Assembly: GCF_044704955.1 (NCBI RefSeq)
Contig: NC_091987.1
Span: forward strand, 85,002,001 to 85,066,000
Direction of reading: 5' to 3'
DNA length: 64,000 nucleotides
Source of the DNA: Pristiophorus japonicus
Lineage: Eukaryota
How positions within the stretch are numbered: position 1 is the stretch's first letter; every line of letters starts with the position of its first letter. The notes beneath the pieces are model-generated. The model worked only from the letters and a program-made list of their open reading frames with translations, was not told the DNA's origin and made no database searches. This document shows positions 48,451 to 61,400 of this stretch, in pieces. The position numbers were made by a program, and so were the translations under genes.

Positions 48451-49091
48451 CCAGCAGAGAAAATCATTCCTCATTTATTCTCAGTCTGCACACGAGGGAT
48501 GTAGAACTGAACTCAACCAGAGAAGAGGGAGTGAGAAAACAGCAGATGGAAGAAAGAAATGATGGAGGTGGTGCAATGAGTTTGGATTTCAGCAGCAGGA
48601 GGAGGGAGAGTGTGTGGGACGGGAATTTACAGCTTTGGGGGAAACAAGAGAGGAAAGAATGTTCCATAGAAACTAGGATTGTCTGTCCTCCATTTCTATC
48701 CTGCACTTCCAGTGCTGACTTTTGTAAACTCCTTTTACAGGATATTAGAAAAGAAGGATTTGCAGACGGGAAACTCCAACCAATCATATCGAGATCTGAC
48801 AGAGTCACTCGATTCACCTGTATATCATCGGCCTTTGAATGTGGAAGGAGAAACGTTTGTCTGTTCTGTCTGTGGGAAAAGATTTTCAACATCAGTGACT
48901 GGTAAAGCACCGAGACACACACCCGAGTGAGAGTGTTCCAGTGCACTGACTGTGGAAAGAGCTTTAACCAGTTACACAGCCTGAAAAAACATCGCACCAT
49001 TCACAGCGGGGAGAAACCGTTCATGTATTGTGTGTGTGGACGAGGCTTCAACTGATCATCCAACCTGGAGAGACACAAGGACACGTGCACC

Positions 49092-49988
49092 ATGGAGAAA
49101 CCGTGGAAATGTGGAGACTGTGGGAAGGGATTCAATTCCGCACCTGAGCTGGAAACTCATCGACGCAGTCACAATGGAGAGAGACCATTCACCTGCCTCG
49201 TGTGTGGGAAGGGATACACTCGGTCATCCGCCCTGTTGGTACACCAGCGAGTTCACACTGGGGAGAGGCCATTCATCTGTCCTGTGTGCGGGAAGGGATT
49301 CACTCGTTCATCCCACCTGCTAGCACACCAGCGTATTCACACTGGGGAGAGGCCATTTACCTGTCCCGTGTGTGGGAAGGGCTTCACTCAGTCATCCAGC
49401 CTGCGGGCACACCAGCGTATTCACACTGGGGAGAGGCCGTTCACCTGCTCAGTGTGTGAGATGGGATTCACTCGTTCATCCCACCTGCTAGCACACCAGC
49501 GTATTCACACTGGGGAGAGGCCATTTACCTGTCCCGTGTGTGGGAAGGGCTTCACTCAGTCATCCAGCCTGCGGGCACACCTGTGCACTCACACTGGGGA
49601 GAGGCCATTCATCTGCTCTGAGTGTGGGAAGGGCTTTACTTGTTTATCCAACCTGCTGACACACCAACGCATTCACACTGGGGAGAGACCGTTCATCTGC
49701 TCTGAATGTGGAAAGGGTTTTGTTCGATCATCCCAGCTGCTAGCACACCAGCAAGTTCACACTGGGGAGAGGCCGTTCACCTGCTCCGAGTGTGGGAAGG
49801 GATTCACTGATTCATCCACCCTGCTGACACACCAACGCATTCACACTGGGGAGAGACTGTTCACCTGCTCCGAGTGTGGGAAGGGATTCAGTCGATCATG
49901 TGACCTGCTGACACACCAGCGAATTCACAGGGGACTGCGGGGGTTGGACTCTGCTGTTATTGTTGCCGTTAATCACATCCCGGACTGA
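49092..49988 (+). CDS. C2H2 zinc-finger protein ZNF-B, 10 fingers, no KRAB
   Basis: Intact 298-aa ORF; Kozak GCACCATGG; TGERP linkers; acceptor at 48740. Confidence 0.9.
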   Translation: MEKPWKCGDCGKGFNSAPELETHRRSHNGERPFTCLVCGKGYTRSSALLVHQRVHTGERPFICPVCGKGFTRSSHLLAHQRIHTGERPFTCPVCGKGFTQSSSLRAHQRIHTGERPFTCSVCEMGFTRSSHLLAHQRIHTGERPFTCPVCGKGFTQSSSLRAHLCTHTGERPFICSECGKGFTCLSNLLTHQRIHTGERPFICSECGKGFVRSSQLLAHQQVHTGERPFTCSECGKGFTDSSTLLTHQRIHTGERLFTCSECGKGFSRSCDLLTHQRIHRGLRGLDSAVIVAVNHIPD

Positions 49989-50489
49989 ACCATGCTCACT
50001 CGGACCGTTGGGGTTTGTTGCCGCTGGTGTAATTAATCCCGACAACTGGGCTGGAGTTTAATTTTCTGGACATCATAGAATGGTTACAGCACAGAAGGAG
50101 GCCTTTCAGACCGTCGAGCCCGTGCCGGCTCTCTGCAAGAGCACTTCAGCTAGTCCCACTCCCTGCCCTTTCCCCGTAGCCCTGCAAATGCTTTATTTCC
50201 GGTACTTATCCAATTCACTCTTTGAAAGCCACGATTGAATCTGTCTCCACCAGCCTTTCAGGCCGTGCATTCCAGATCCTAACCACTCGCTGCGTAAAAA
50301 AAGTTTTTTCTCATGTCGCCTTTGGTTCTTTTGCCGATCACCTGTCTCCATCCATCTGCCAATGGGAATATTTTCTCTACTCTGTCCAGACCCCTCATGA
50401 TTTTATCAAATCTCCTCTCAACCTTCTCTGTTCTAAGAAGACCCCCAGCTTCTCCAGTCTATCCATGGAACTGAAGTCCCTCATCCCGC

Positions 50490-52783
50490 AAATCTTATTG
50501 TGCGAGGCCCCTTGGGGAAGAGTGACCATAATATGGTAGAATTCTTTATTAAGATGGAGAGTGACACAGTTAATTCAGGGACTAGGGTCCTGAACTTGGG
50601 GAAAGCTAACTTCAATGGTATGAGACGTGAATTGGCTAGAATAGACTGGCAAATGATACTTAAAGGATTGACGGTGGATAGACAATGGCAAACATTTAAA
50701 GATCACATGGATGAACTTCAACAATTGTACGTCTCTGTCTGGAGTAAAAATAAACCTGGGAAGGTGGCTGAACCGTGGCTAACAAGGGAAATTAAGGATA
50801 GTGTTAAATCCAAGGAAGAGGCATATAAATTGGCCAGAAAAAGCAGCAAACCTGAGGACTGGGAGAATTTTATAATACAGCAGAGGATGACAAAGGGTTT
50901 AGTTAGGAGGGGGAAAATAGAGTACGAGAGGAAACTTGCTCGGAACATAAAAACTGACTGCAAAAGCTTCTATAGGTATGTGAAGAGACAAAGATTAGTG
51001 AAAACAAATGTAAGTCCCTTGCAGTCAGATTCGGGTGAATTTATAATGGGGAACAAAGAAATGGCAGACCAGTTAAACAAATACTTTGGTTCTGTTTTCA
51101 CGAAGGAAGAACCTTCCGGAAATCCAAGGGGACCGAGGGTCTAGTAAGAAGGAGGAACTGAAGGGTATCCTTATAAAGCGGGAAATTGTGTTCGGGAAAT
51201 TGATGGGATTGAAGGCCGATAAATCCCCAGGGCCTGATAGTTTGCATCCCAGAGTACTGAAGGAAGTGGCCCTAGAAATAGTGGATGCATTGGTGGTCAT
51301 TTTCCGACAGTCTATCGACTCTGGATCGGTTCCGATGGACTTGAGGGTAGCTAATGTAACACCACTGTTTAAAAAAGGAGGGAGAGAGAAAATGGGTAAT
51401 TATAGACCGATTAGCCTGACATCAGTAGTGGGGAAAATGTTGGAATCAATTATTAAAGATGAAATAGCAGCGCATTTGGAAAGCAGTGACAGGATCATTC
51501 CAAGTCAGCACGGATCTATGAAATGGAAATCATGCTTGACAAATCTTCTGGAAGTTTTTGAGGATGTAACTAGTGGAGTGGACAAGGGAGAACCAGTGGA
51601 TGTGGTGTATTTGGACTTTCAAAAGGCTTTTGACATGGTCCCACACAAGAGATTGGTGTGCAAAATCAAAGCACATGGTATTGGGGGTAATGTACTGACG
51701 TGGATAGAGAACTGGTTGGCAGACAGGAAGCAAGGAGTAGAAATAAACTCCTTTTCAGAATGGCAGGCAGTGACTAGTGGGGTGCCGCAGGGTTCAGTGC
51801 TGGGACTCCAGCTATTTATCAATGATTTGGATGAAGGAATTGAGTGTAATATCTCCAAGTTTGCAGATGACACTAAACTGGGTGGCGGTGTGAGCTGTGA
51901 GTGTGACGCTAAGAGGCTGCAGGGTGACTTGGACAGGTTACATGAGTGGGCAAATGCATGGCAGATGCAGTATAATGTGGATAAATGTAAGGTTATCCAC
52001 TTTGGGGGCAAAAACACAAAGGCAGAATATTATCTGAATGGCGGCAGATTAGGAAAGGGAGGTGCAACGAGACCTGGGTGCCATGGTTCATCAGTCATTG
52101 AAAGTTGGCATGCAGGTACAGCAGACGGTGAAGGCGGCAAATGGTATGTTGGCCTTCATAGCTAGGGGATTTGAGTATAGGAGCATGGAGGTCTTACTGC
52201 AGTTGTACAGGGCCTTGGTGAGGCCTCACCTGGAATATTGTGTTCAATTTTGGTCTCCTAATCTGAGGAAGGACGTTCTTGCTATTGAGGGAGTGCAGCG
52301 AAGGTTCACCAGACTGATTCCTGGGATGGTGGGACTGACATATGAGGAGAGACTGGATCAACTGGGCCTTTATACACTGAAGTTTAGAAGGATGAGAGGG
52401 AATCTCATAGAAACTTGCAAGATTCTGACGGGACTAGACAGGTTAGATGCGGGAAGAATGTTCCCGATGATGGAAAAGTCCAGAACCAGGGGACACAGTC
52501 TTAGGATAAGGGGTAGGCCTTTTAGTACTGAGATGAGGATAAACTTCTTCACTGAGAGTTGTTAACCTGTGGAATTCCCTACCACAGAGAGTTGATGATG
52601 CCAGTTCATTGGATATATTCAAGAGGGAGTTAGATATGGCCCTTACGGCTAAAGGGATCAAGGGGTATGGAGAGAGAGCAGGAACGAGGTACTGAGGGAA
52701 TGACCAGCCATGATCTTATTGGATGGTGGTGCAGGCTCGAAGTGTGGAATGGCCTACTCCTACACTCATTTTCTATGTTTCTT
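50490..52783 (+). mobile_element. CR1 ORF2 (end of EN to tail) nested in an older antisense CR1 (50074-50489)
   Basis: ORFs 50500-51144, 51086-52165, 52062-52565; TTTCTATGTTTCTT tail. Confidence 0.93.
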
Positions 52784-52949
52784 AATCATTCTTGTAAATC
52801 ATTTCTGCTCCCTCTGTCAAACAACTGTCAAATAAATTAGCTTTGTTTTCTACATACAGTGAATCGATTCCTTAATTTCTCCATGGGGAGGCTAATTGAT
52901 GTCCTGTTATCGACTGTTCCATTTTTAAGCTGTTTCTCCTTTGTTAAAG

Positions 52950-53105
52950 GAAGACTTGTATTTATAAAATGCTTTTCACAGCCTCTGTTTTAGTGATGTT
53001 GGTTGAGGGATAAATGTTGACCAGGACACCAGAGAGATATTTTTTTCTTCGAAATAACGTCATGGAATCTTTTACACCCACTTGAGAGGTCAGATGGGTC
53101 TGATT
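52950..53105 (-). mobile_element. Deu-domain SINE fragment
   Basis: GGTTGAGGGATAAATGTTGACCAGGACACC...CTTCGAAATA...CATGGAATCTTTTAC resembles the Deu core. Confidence 0.6.
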
Positions 53106-53155
53106 CATTTTTTTATTCGTTCAAGGGATGTAAGCATCACTGGTAAGGCCAGCGT

Positions 53156-55850
53156 TGCTAGTTACAGAGGAGATTAACAAAATAGTAAGGAAGGACATTA
53201 GCTTGGATGATGTGGAATCTGTATGGGTTGAGCTGCAGAACACCAAAGGGCAGAAAACGCTAGTGGGAGTTGTGCACTGACCACCAAACAGTAGTAGTGA
53301 GGTTGGGGTTGGCATCACACAGGAAATTAGGGATGCATGCAATAAAGGTAGAGCAGTTATCATGGGTGACTTTAATTCACATATAGATTGGGTTAACCAA
53401 ACTGGTAGCAATACAGTGGAGGACGATTTCCTGGAGTGTAGAAGGGATGGTTTTATAGACCAATATGTCGAGGAATCAACTCGAGAGCTGGCCTTCCTAG
53501 ACTGGGTGTTGTGTAATGTGAGAGGATTAATTAGCAATCTTGTTGTGCGAGGCCCCTTTGCGAAGAGTGACCATAATATGGCAGAATTCTTCATTAAGAT
53601 GGAGTGTGACACAGTTAATTCAGAGACTAGGGTCCTGAACTTAAAGAAAGGTAACTTCGATGGTATGAGATGTGAATTGGTTAGGATAGACTCGCGAATG
53701 ATACTTAAAGGGTTGACGGTGGATAGGCAATGGCAGACATTTAAAGATCACATGGATGAACTTCAACAATTGTACATCCCTGTCTGGCGTAAAAATAAAA
53801 CGGGGAAGTTGGCTCAACCGTGGCGAACGAGGGAAATTAGGGGATAGTGTTAAATCCAAGCAAGAGGCATATAAATTGGCCAGAAAAAGCAGCAAACCTG
53901 AAGACTGGGAGAAATTTTGAATTCAGCAGAGGACAAAGGGTTTAATTAGGAGGGGGGAAATAGAGTATGAGAGGAAGCTTGCCGGGAACATAAAAACTGA
54001 CTGCAAAAGCTTCCATAGATATGTAAAGAGAAAAAGATTAGCAAAGACAAAAGTAGTCCCTTGCAGTCAGAATCAGGTGAATTTATAATGGGGAACAAAT
54101 AAATGGCAGACCAATTGAACAAATACTTTGGTTCTGTCTAAACTAAGGAAGACACAAATAACCTTCCGGAAATACTAGGGGACCGAGGGTCTAGCGAGAA
54201 GGGGGAACTGAAGGAAATCCTTATTGGTCAGGAAATTGTGTTCGGGAAATTGATGGGATTGAAGGACGATAAATCCCCAGGGCCTGATAGTCTGCATCAC
54301 AGAATACTTAAGGAAGTGGCCCTAGAAATAGGATGCATTGGTGGTCATTTTCCGACATTCTATAGACTCTGGATCAGTTCCTATGGATTGGAGGGTAATT
54401 AATGTAAAACCACTTTTTTTAAAAATGAGGGAGTGAGAAAACAGGGAATGATAGACCGGTTAGCCTGACATCGATAGTGGGGAAAATGTTGGAATCAATT
54501 ATTAAAGATGTAATAGCAGCGGCTTTGGAAAGCAGTGAATGGCTCGGTCCAAGTCGGCATGGATTTATGAAAGGGAAATCATGCTTGACAAATCTTCTAA
54601 AAAATTTTGAGGATGTAACTAGTAGAGTGGACAAGGGAGAACCAGTGGATGTGGTGTATTTGGACATTCAAAAGGCTTTTGACAAGGTCCCACACGAGAT
54701 TAGTGTACAAAATTAAAGCACTTCTATTGGGGGTAATGTATTGACATGGATAGAGAACTGGTTGGCAGACTGGAGGCAAAGATTAGGAATAAACGGGTTT
54801 TTTTCAGAATGGCAGGCAGTGACTAGTGGGGTACCGTAAGTTTCAGTGCTGGGACCCCAGCTATTAACAATATACATGAATGATTTAGACGAAGGAATTG
54901 AATGTAATATCTCCAAGTTTACAGACGACACCAAGCTGGGTGGCAGTGTGAGCTGTGAGGACGATGCTCAGAGGCTGCAGGGTGACTTGGACAAATTAAG
55001 TGAGTGGGCAAATTGCATGGCAGATGCAGTATAATGTAGATAAATGTGAGGTTATCCACTTTGGTGACAAAAACAGGAAGGCAGAATATTATCTGAATGG
55101 TGACAGATTAGGAAAAGGGGAGGTGCAGCGAGACCTGGGTGTCATGGTACATCAGTCATTGAAAGTTGGTCTGCAGGTACAGCAGGCGGTGAAAACGGAA
55201 AATGGCATGTTGGCCTTCATAGCGAGAGGAGTTGAGCACAGGAGCAGGGAGGGCTTACTGCAGTTGTACAGGGCCTTGGTGAGGCCACACCTTGAATATT
55301 GTGTACAGTTTTGATTTCCTAATCTGAGGAAAGACATTCTTGCTATTGAGGGAGTGCAGCGAAGGTTCACCAGACTGATTCCCGGGATGGCAGGATTGAC
55401 ATATGAAGAAAGACTGTATCGACTCGGCTTATATTCACTGGAATTTAGAAGAATGAGAGGGGAGCTCATCGAAACATATAAAATTCTGACAGGATTGGAC
55501 AGGTTAGATGTAGGAAGAATGTTCCCGATGTTGTTGAAGTCCAGAACCAGGGGTCACAGTCTAAGGAGAAGGGGTAAGCCATTTAGGACCGAGATGAGAA
55601 GAAACTTCTTCACTCAGAGAATTGTGAACCTGTGGAATTCTCTACCAGAGAAAGTTGTAAAGGCCAGTTCGTTCGATATATTCAAAAGGGAGTTCGATGT
55701 GACCCTTCCAGCTAAAGGGATCAAGGGGTATGGAGAGAAAGCAGGAATGGGGTACTGAAGATGCATGATCAGCCATGATCATATTGAATGGTGGTGCAGG
55801 CTCGAAGGGCCAAATGGACGACTACTGCACCTTTTTTCTATGTTTCTATG
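53156..55850 (+). mobile_element. CR1 ORF2 (EN-RT-tail) inserted into the 3' UTR of the second LINE family
   Basis: GDFNSHIDW and RT motifs; tail; host LINE reads GGCCAGC|ATTTATTGCCC across the insert. Confidence 0.93.
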
Positions 55851-56462
55851 TATTTATTGCCCATCCATAATTGCCCTTGAGAAGATGGTGGGGAGCCACC
55901 TTCTTGAACCGCTGCAGTCCGTGTGGTGATGGTACTCCCACAGTACTGTTAGGAAGGGAGTTCCAGGATTTTGACTCAGCGGCAATGAAGGAACGGCGAT
56001 ATGCTTCCAAATCAGGATGGTGTGTGACTTGGAGGGGAACATGGAGGTGGTGGTGTTCCCATGTGCCTGCAGACCTTGTCCTTCAAGGTGGTAGAGGTCG
56101 TGGGTTTAGGATGTGCTGACGAAGAAGCCTTGGCGTGTTGCTGCAGTACATCTTGTACATGGTAAACACTACACCACGGTACGTCGATGATGGAGGGAGT
56201 GAATGTTTAAGGTGTTCGATGGAGTGCCAATAAAGTGGCCTGCTTTGTCCTGGATGGCATCGAGCTTCTTGTGTTGTCGCAGTTGCACTCATCCAGGCAA
56301 GTGGAGAGTATTCCATCACACTCCTGACTTGTGCCTTGTAGATGGTGGAAAGGCTTTGAGGAGTCAGGAGGTGAGACAGTGGCCGTAGAATACCCAGTCT
56401 CTGACCTGCTCTTGTTGCCACAGTATTTATGTGGCTGGTCCAGTTAAGTTTCTGGTCAATGG
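55851..56462 (-). mobile_element. Second LINE family 3' fragment (tail at 53107-53155), host of the LTR element
   Basis: Homologous to 43950-44612; breaks at TCAATGG where the LTR starts. Confidence 0.88.
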
Positions 56463-58459
56463 TGTAAGGGGTGGTTTGCAGGGGGTCAGCTTTCCCTTCT
56501 GACCTTATATGAGCGGTTCCGAATCGCTCCCACACCCTTGGTTCTAGACACTGGAATTATGAAGGGACGGTGACAGACTTGGACAGACAATCGGTTTCAA
56601 GGTCGGAAGCAGGTATGGCCTTATTGTGTTTAAAAAGAAGTAAAAGGCACACCTTTAATAACACACACAGACCAATACACACTGAAGGGTACAACACATT
56701 GAATAAATTGTCCAATTACAGTCTGGGGAAAAGAATACAGCTTAAACTCTAAATGGGGTAAAGAGGCGAATGCAGATACAGTTACAAAGTTATCCCAGCC
56801 TCCCCCCTCTGCTCCCAATTCCCCATACTAACTAAGTTATAGCTCTCAGGGTTCAGGGGCCATGCTCACCAATCCCCTTTTAGACAGTTGCCAGTGAATC
56901 GCGGTTTCGGGGATCGCTGCACTTGGCCTTCTAGGCGAGCCGTACCCCGGTCGGAGGAGAGGACTTCAGACTGCATAGTCTTTGGTTGGGGTGCTAAGTT
57001 GCGTTTTGGATGTATGGGGTAAATACCCACTTTCTTTGGTTAGGAATAGTTTTAGTTAGTCCTTTTTGGTAATTTCTCACCCGTTGGTCGTTCCGAAGTA
57101 GATTGTAGAGTGGAAATAAATGTCGATTCTTTGGTTTTTGCTGAGTTGGTTTCGGTTGGTCGTTTTGCTGGTTGTGGTGGCCCGGGTTGTCAATTTGGTT
57201 GCTGACAACCTTCCATTTCGTGGGCCTCATGCTCAGTCAGTTCTTGATGAGTTCTAGTAGTTTCCTTCACTGCTCCATTTCTTCACTCCCCAGCTCCAGC
57301 TGCTTGTGTCTGTGTCTGTGTTCTAGTCTGTGTGCTGCTCCTTGCTGGTCTTTTCTTGTAAAAAAACTGGGGGATAGATATATTCCAAAAAAAAGGTTCC
57401 GTTATCTCCCATCAAATCTCTTGGGCTCTGTTTAAACTGTACTGTCCACTGATTTTCAAATGTCTCCTTTGTCAGCAGTAACTTGATTAGGGTGTGAGAA
57501 TGTGCTATCACTGGTTTTGCATTGTTTTAGAATTGTCCAGTTTCTTGACCATGATTTCCATTGTGCTTGATTGGGTAATTCGATTATCTCTTAGCGGGTG
57601 AATAGTTCCCCCAGACAGTCTGGGGCCTTTAATACACGAATTTGCTTCAGACGTTGGCTCCACCTCCTGTATTTGGTAACTCTTTTTCGCAGCCAAAATG
57701 TTGTAGAATCTTAAAATTGATATGCTCCTTCCCATAGATGTTTAGGGGATCTCAAGCTTCTGTCATTTAGGTCCATTTTGAATTCCCTTTCCTATGAGTC
57801 CAAACACTGGGGGGTGGGGGGGGGGTCTCCATGAATGCATCCCCTTTTACCCCCGTAGCTTCGTCTGCCCCTTTAAACTCATTTTAAAAGTCCAGAAAGG
57901 GATTCTTCTCCCCTGTAGAGGAAAGGTACCTGGAATCTTTGCGAGATATTGGTAAATTCTACATTCCCCCCGTGATACTATATCACTTATGGTATCATTC
58001 TTCGAGGTGAGCAAAGTTCCTGACTCCCAAGAGATAACCTTCCCCATAAATTAGCTAAACTAATACCCAAAATGCATTACACTTATGCAACATCACCATA
58101 GATGTACACTTTTCCCTTTACAGGTACAAACTTTTTACATTTATACCCTCCCAGCTTGGAGGGGGTTCAATCACTACAATTGCATTTCAGCACAGTTACA
58201 TTTCATTTCAGTTACATTATATTCACCAGCATATAGGCAACGTACAACCACATTACAGAAGGAAAAAAAACCTAGATTAAAATTAAACAACATCAATTGG
58301 TCTCCTGGTAATGTCTGGATCCTGCCCTTGAGAACTGCTCTCAGGCTGGCTGACACACAAGACAAACTCAAAATAATCACCTAAACATTACTGCAATATT
58401 ACCCTCAATTCTAAACTAAACCTTAAAATATCCTTAAACTAAAATTAGAGCTATGTACA
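56463..58459 (-). mobile_element. 3' LTR (~2.0 kb) of the retrovirus-like element
   Basis: Minus strand begins TGTACA right after the purine-rich GGAGACGGGTGGCGGT and ends ...CCTTACA at the host LINE junction; the 5' LTR lies outside the window so the boundary is unconfirmed. Confidence 0.7.
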
Positions 58460-58486
58460 ACCGCCACCCGTCTCCAGGTGGACTGG

Positions 58487-61400
58487 TTAGTCCCTGTCAG
58501 GCCCATGCCTTGTGCGGCCTGATAGCCGCCTGGATGCTAGGGTTTCCCTGCAGCCGGTGAGCTGGAGACCCTTGTGTCTGGGACAGCTCGTTGCTAGTGC
58601 TCCTGTGAGACCCTCACCGCTGGAGGCGGCTGGCTGGTGGTCCCTACTCTGAGCGGCCTCTGTACTTCTGACCTTCGGCCTTTCCTGTCGGGCTGCCCTT
58701 CTCCTAGGGTAGAATCGCTGAGGCTCAGATGCCGGTGACCACGGTATCTTTGGCCGTGGTGTACGGAGGGTCCTTCTCAGGGCTTGGGTTACTGGGGGTG
58801 CGTCCAAATCCCAAACGATGGGTGGGATAGCCCCTCCAGTACTGCAATTCACCGCCCCTATAGGCACGGTTTCTGAGCCTGCCTCATTCCCTGTGGGCCC
58901 TCCACCGTCGGTGGCGGCCAACGGAGGGTCCCTGTCCTGAGGACGGTTCACCCCTCCCGGCTGCCCTCTGTGCTTGGCTGACCCTGGGTTGTACAGCTTG
59001 CACTGGTTGATGTGGAACCACTTAGTACGGCGGGGCAGCTTTATGGCATAGACCATCGGGCATTATATATGGCCCCATATATAATGCTTCAAAAACCCCG
59101 ACCCGAGCATAGTTCCTCACCATGACCTGGTCCCCTATCTCCCATTCGTGGTGTTTGCTGGGTTCTAGCAGCAATCGGTTCCCCTGATGCTGTCTGCCCA
59201 TGTTACTAGCAGCCTGCCAGTGAATCTGTTTGAGGTGTTCAAACAGGTTCCTGACAAACCGGTCCCGGTTCACCTCTCTGAGCTGACCTTCTGTGAGCAC
59301 CGGGGCTAGGACATGGGTGGGGGTCCGCATGATCCGGCCAGTCATGAGCTCGTATGGGGAATACCCGGTGCTCTTTGGCTAGCTCCGATCCCCATTAGGA
59401 CCAATGGTAAGACCTCCACCCACTTTTGGGGTGAGTCTCCCGTTTCCTTCCGCAGCCTTTCTTTAATGGTGCGGTTTAAACGCTCCACAATACCCGATGA
59501 CTGTGGATTGTGGGCAACGTGCCATTTCCCCTCAATGCCGAGCATCTTAAGGGTTGCCTGCATTACCTGCCCGGTGAAATGGCTCCCCTGGTCCGACTCC
59601 ACATACTGTGGGAGTCCCCACCGGGAGAACACTTCCCTCACTAGAATCTTAGCTGTCCCTAGTGCGGTGGCTGTTCGGCAGGGGAAGGCTTCAACCCATT
59701 TTGAGAACACGTCCACCAGGACAAGGCAGTATTTGTAGCCTCCCTGGGCGGTGGGTAGGGGCCCGATGTAGTCAATTTGGATTGACTGCCATGGTCCCTC
59801 TACCCTCCTGACATGTCCTAGGGACACCTTCCTTTTCTGGGGGTCAGGGTTGTTCGCAGCACACACCAGGCAGTTCGCACAGAACTCGCGGACGTCCTCC
59901 CTGAGTCCTGGCCACCATCCTGCCTGTTCCACCCGTTGCCAGGTGGTCTCAGGCCCGGGGTGTCCCGCTCCTGGACCCTCATGGGCCAGTTTTAGGAATT
60001 CCCTCTGGTGCTGCTGTGGCACGACCCATTGTCCCTCTTTAAACAGCATGCCTTCCTTAACGGTAATGGCTGCTGTGCCGTACGGACCTTCTACTCTCTC
60101 TCCTCTAGCTAGCACATTCAAGACAGCTTTCAGGACTGGGTCCTGTAGCTGAACTGTATTTAAGTCCGGGGCCAAAGCTGTCCCTGTACTCTCTGCTGCC
60201 CTGTTCTTATTCTTGACTGCTGCTATGCGGCCGGTGTCATAGGGGTCCCAGAACTTTCCCATGCGGGCACCTTCTTTGGCCAGTTTGTCAGCCTGTTGGT
60301 TTCCCTCTGCACGGGGTTCGGTTTTTGAATGGGCCTTCACCTTATGTATGTAGACCTTTCCTTCTTCCTCCACCGCTGTCATGATTTTCTCCAGCAGGGG
60401 CTTGATTGCCAGGGGTCTCCCGTCAGCGGACGTGTATCCGCGACGGGACCAGATAGCCAGGTACTCCGTACATGAATTGCAGGTGAACATACTGTCCGAG
60501 CAAATCGTGTACAGGGTAGGGAATTCCTCGGGGTGGGTCACCACGTACATTACGGCGGACAGTTCAGCATGCTGGGCGCTCATGGTGCTGGGGAGCTTGA
60601 TTGCCAGGGCAATACCTGCCCTTGGGTCATAGACACCGCACCCAGTGAGTCGCTCGCCAGCAGATACCGTGCTGGACCCGTCCACGTAGATGTCCCGGCC
60701 TGTAGGGTGTAACCCCGCCCGAAGGCCAATGTTTACCTCCCATACTCTTTCTATGGAGCACCTGTGGGCTTTCCCTGGATAGATTAGGTTGGCTGCGAGC
60801 CTTGGCTCGCGGGGGCCTTCTACGCTGAGGTCCATCTGGGAGAGGAGCAGGGTCCAGCGAGCAATGCGGGCACTGCTCACCGTCCCGTCCTTAATCCTCC
60901 CATCTAGGAGCATCTGAGTAGGTGTGTGGTGGGTTAGGAGTGTTAGAGGAGACCCTCCCGTGAAGATCAAGGATCTTTTCACTGCCCAATGTGTGGCTAG
61001 GAGGTGTCTCTCGCAGTTGGAGTACCCCTTCTCCACATCTGTGAGGATCCTGGAGGAGTAAACCACCGGTCTCAGCTGGCCGTGCCGCTCTTGAAGCAGC
61101 ACTGAGCTCAAACTGTCCCCGCTGGCTGCCACCTCCAGGAAAAACTCCTTTCCTACATCTATCGCTCCCAAGGCTGGCGCGGTCTGCAAGTCCTTCTTGA
61201 GCTGATTAAATGCTGCCTCGCAAACCTCATCCCAGTCCCACTCTACACTCTTGTGTAGGAGCCTGAGCAGAGGGGCTGCGGTGGCTGCATAATCCTCAAT
61301 GAAGTCTCTGCAGTCCCCGGTGAGCCCTAGAAAGGATCTTACCCCTGTCACTGTGTTGGGGGCTGGTAACTCCTATACTGCCTCCCTTCTAGCCTTGTCT

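Noticed and set aside
48396-49000. ORFs 48396-48905(+) and 48464-49000(-)
   Set aside because: They span the ZNF-B intron and fossil-finger leader and have no recognisable coding character
51086-52565. Active CR1 element
   Set aside because: 5'-truncated and frameshifted; no CR1 copy in the window has both ORF1 and ORF2 intact
56463-58486. env gene downstream of integrase
   Set aside because: No long ORF or signal peptide/furin/transmembrane pattern was seen; the LTR boundary follows IN directly
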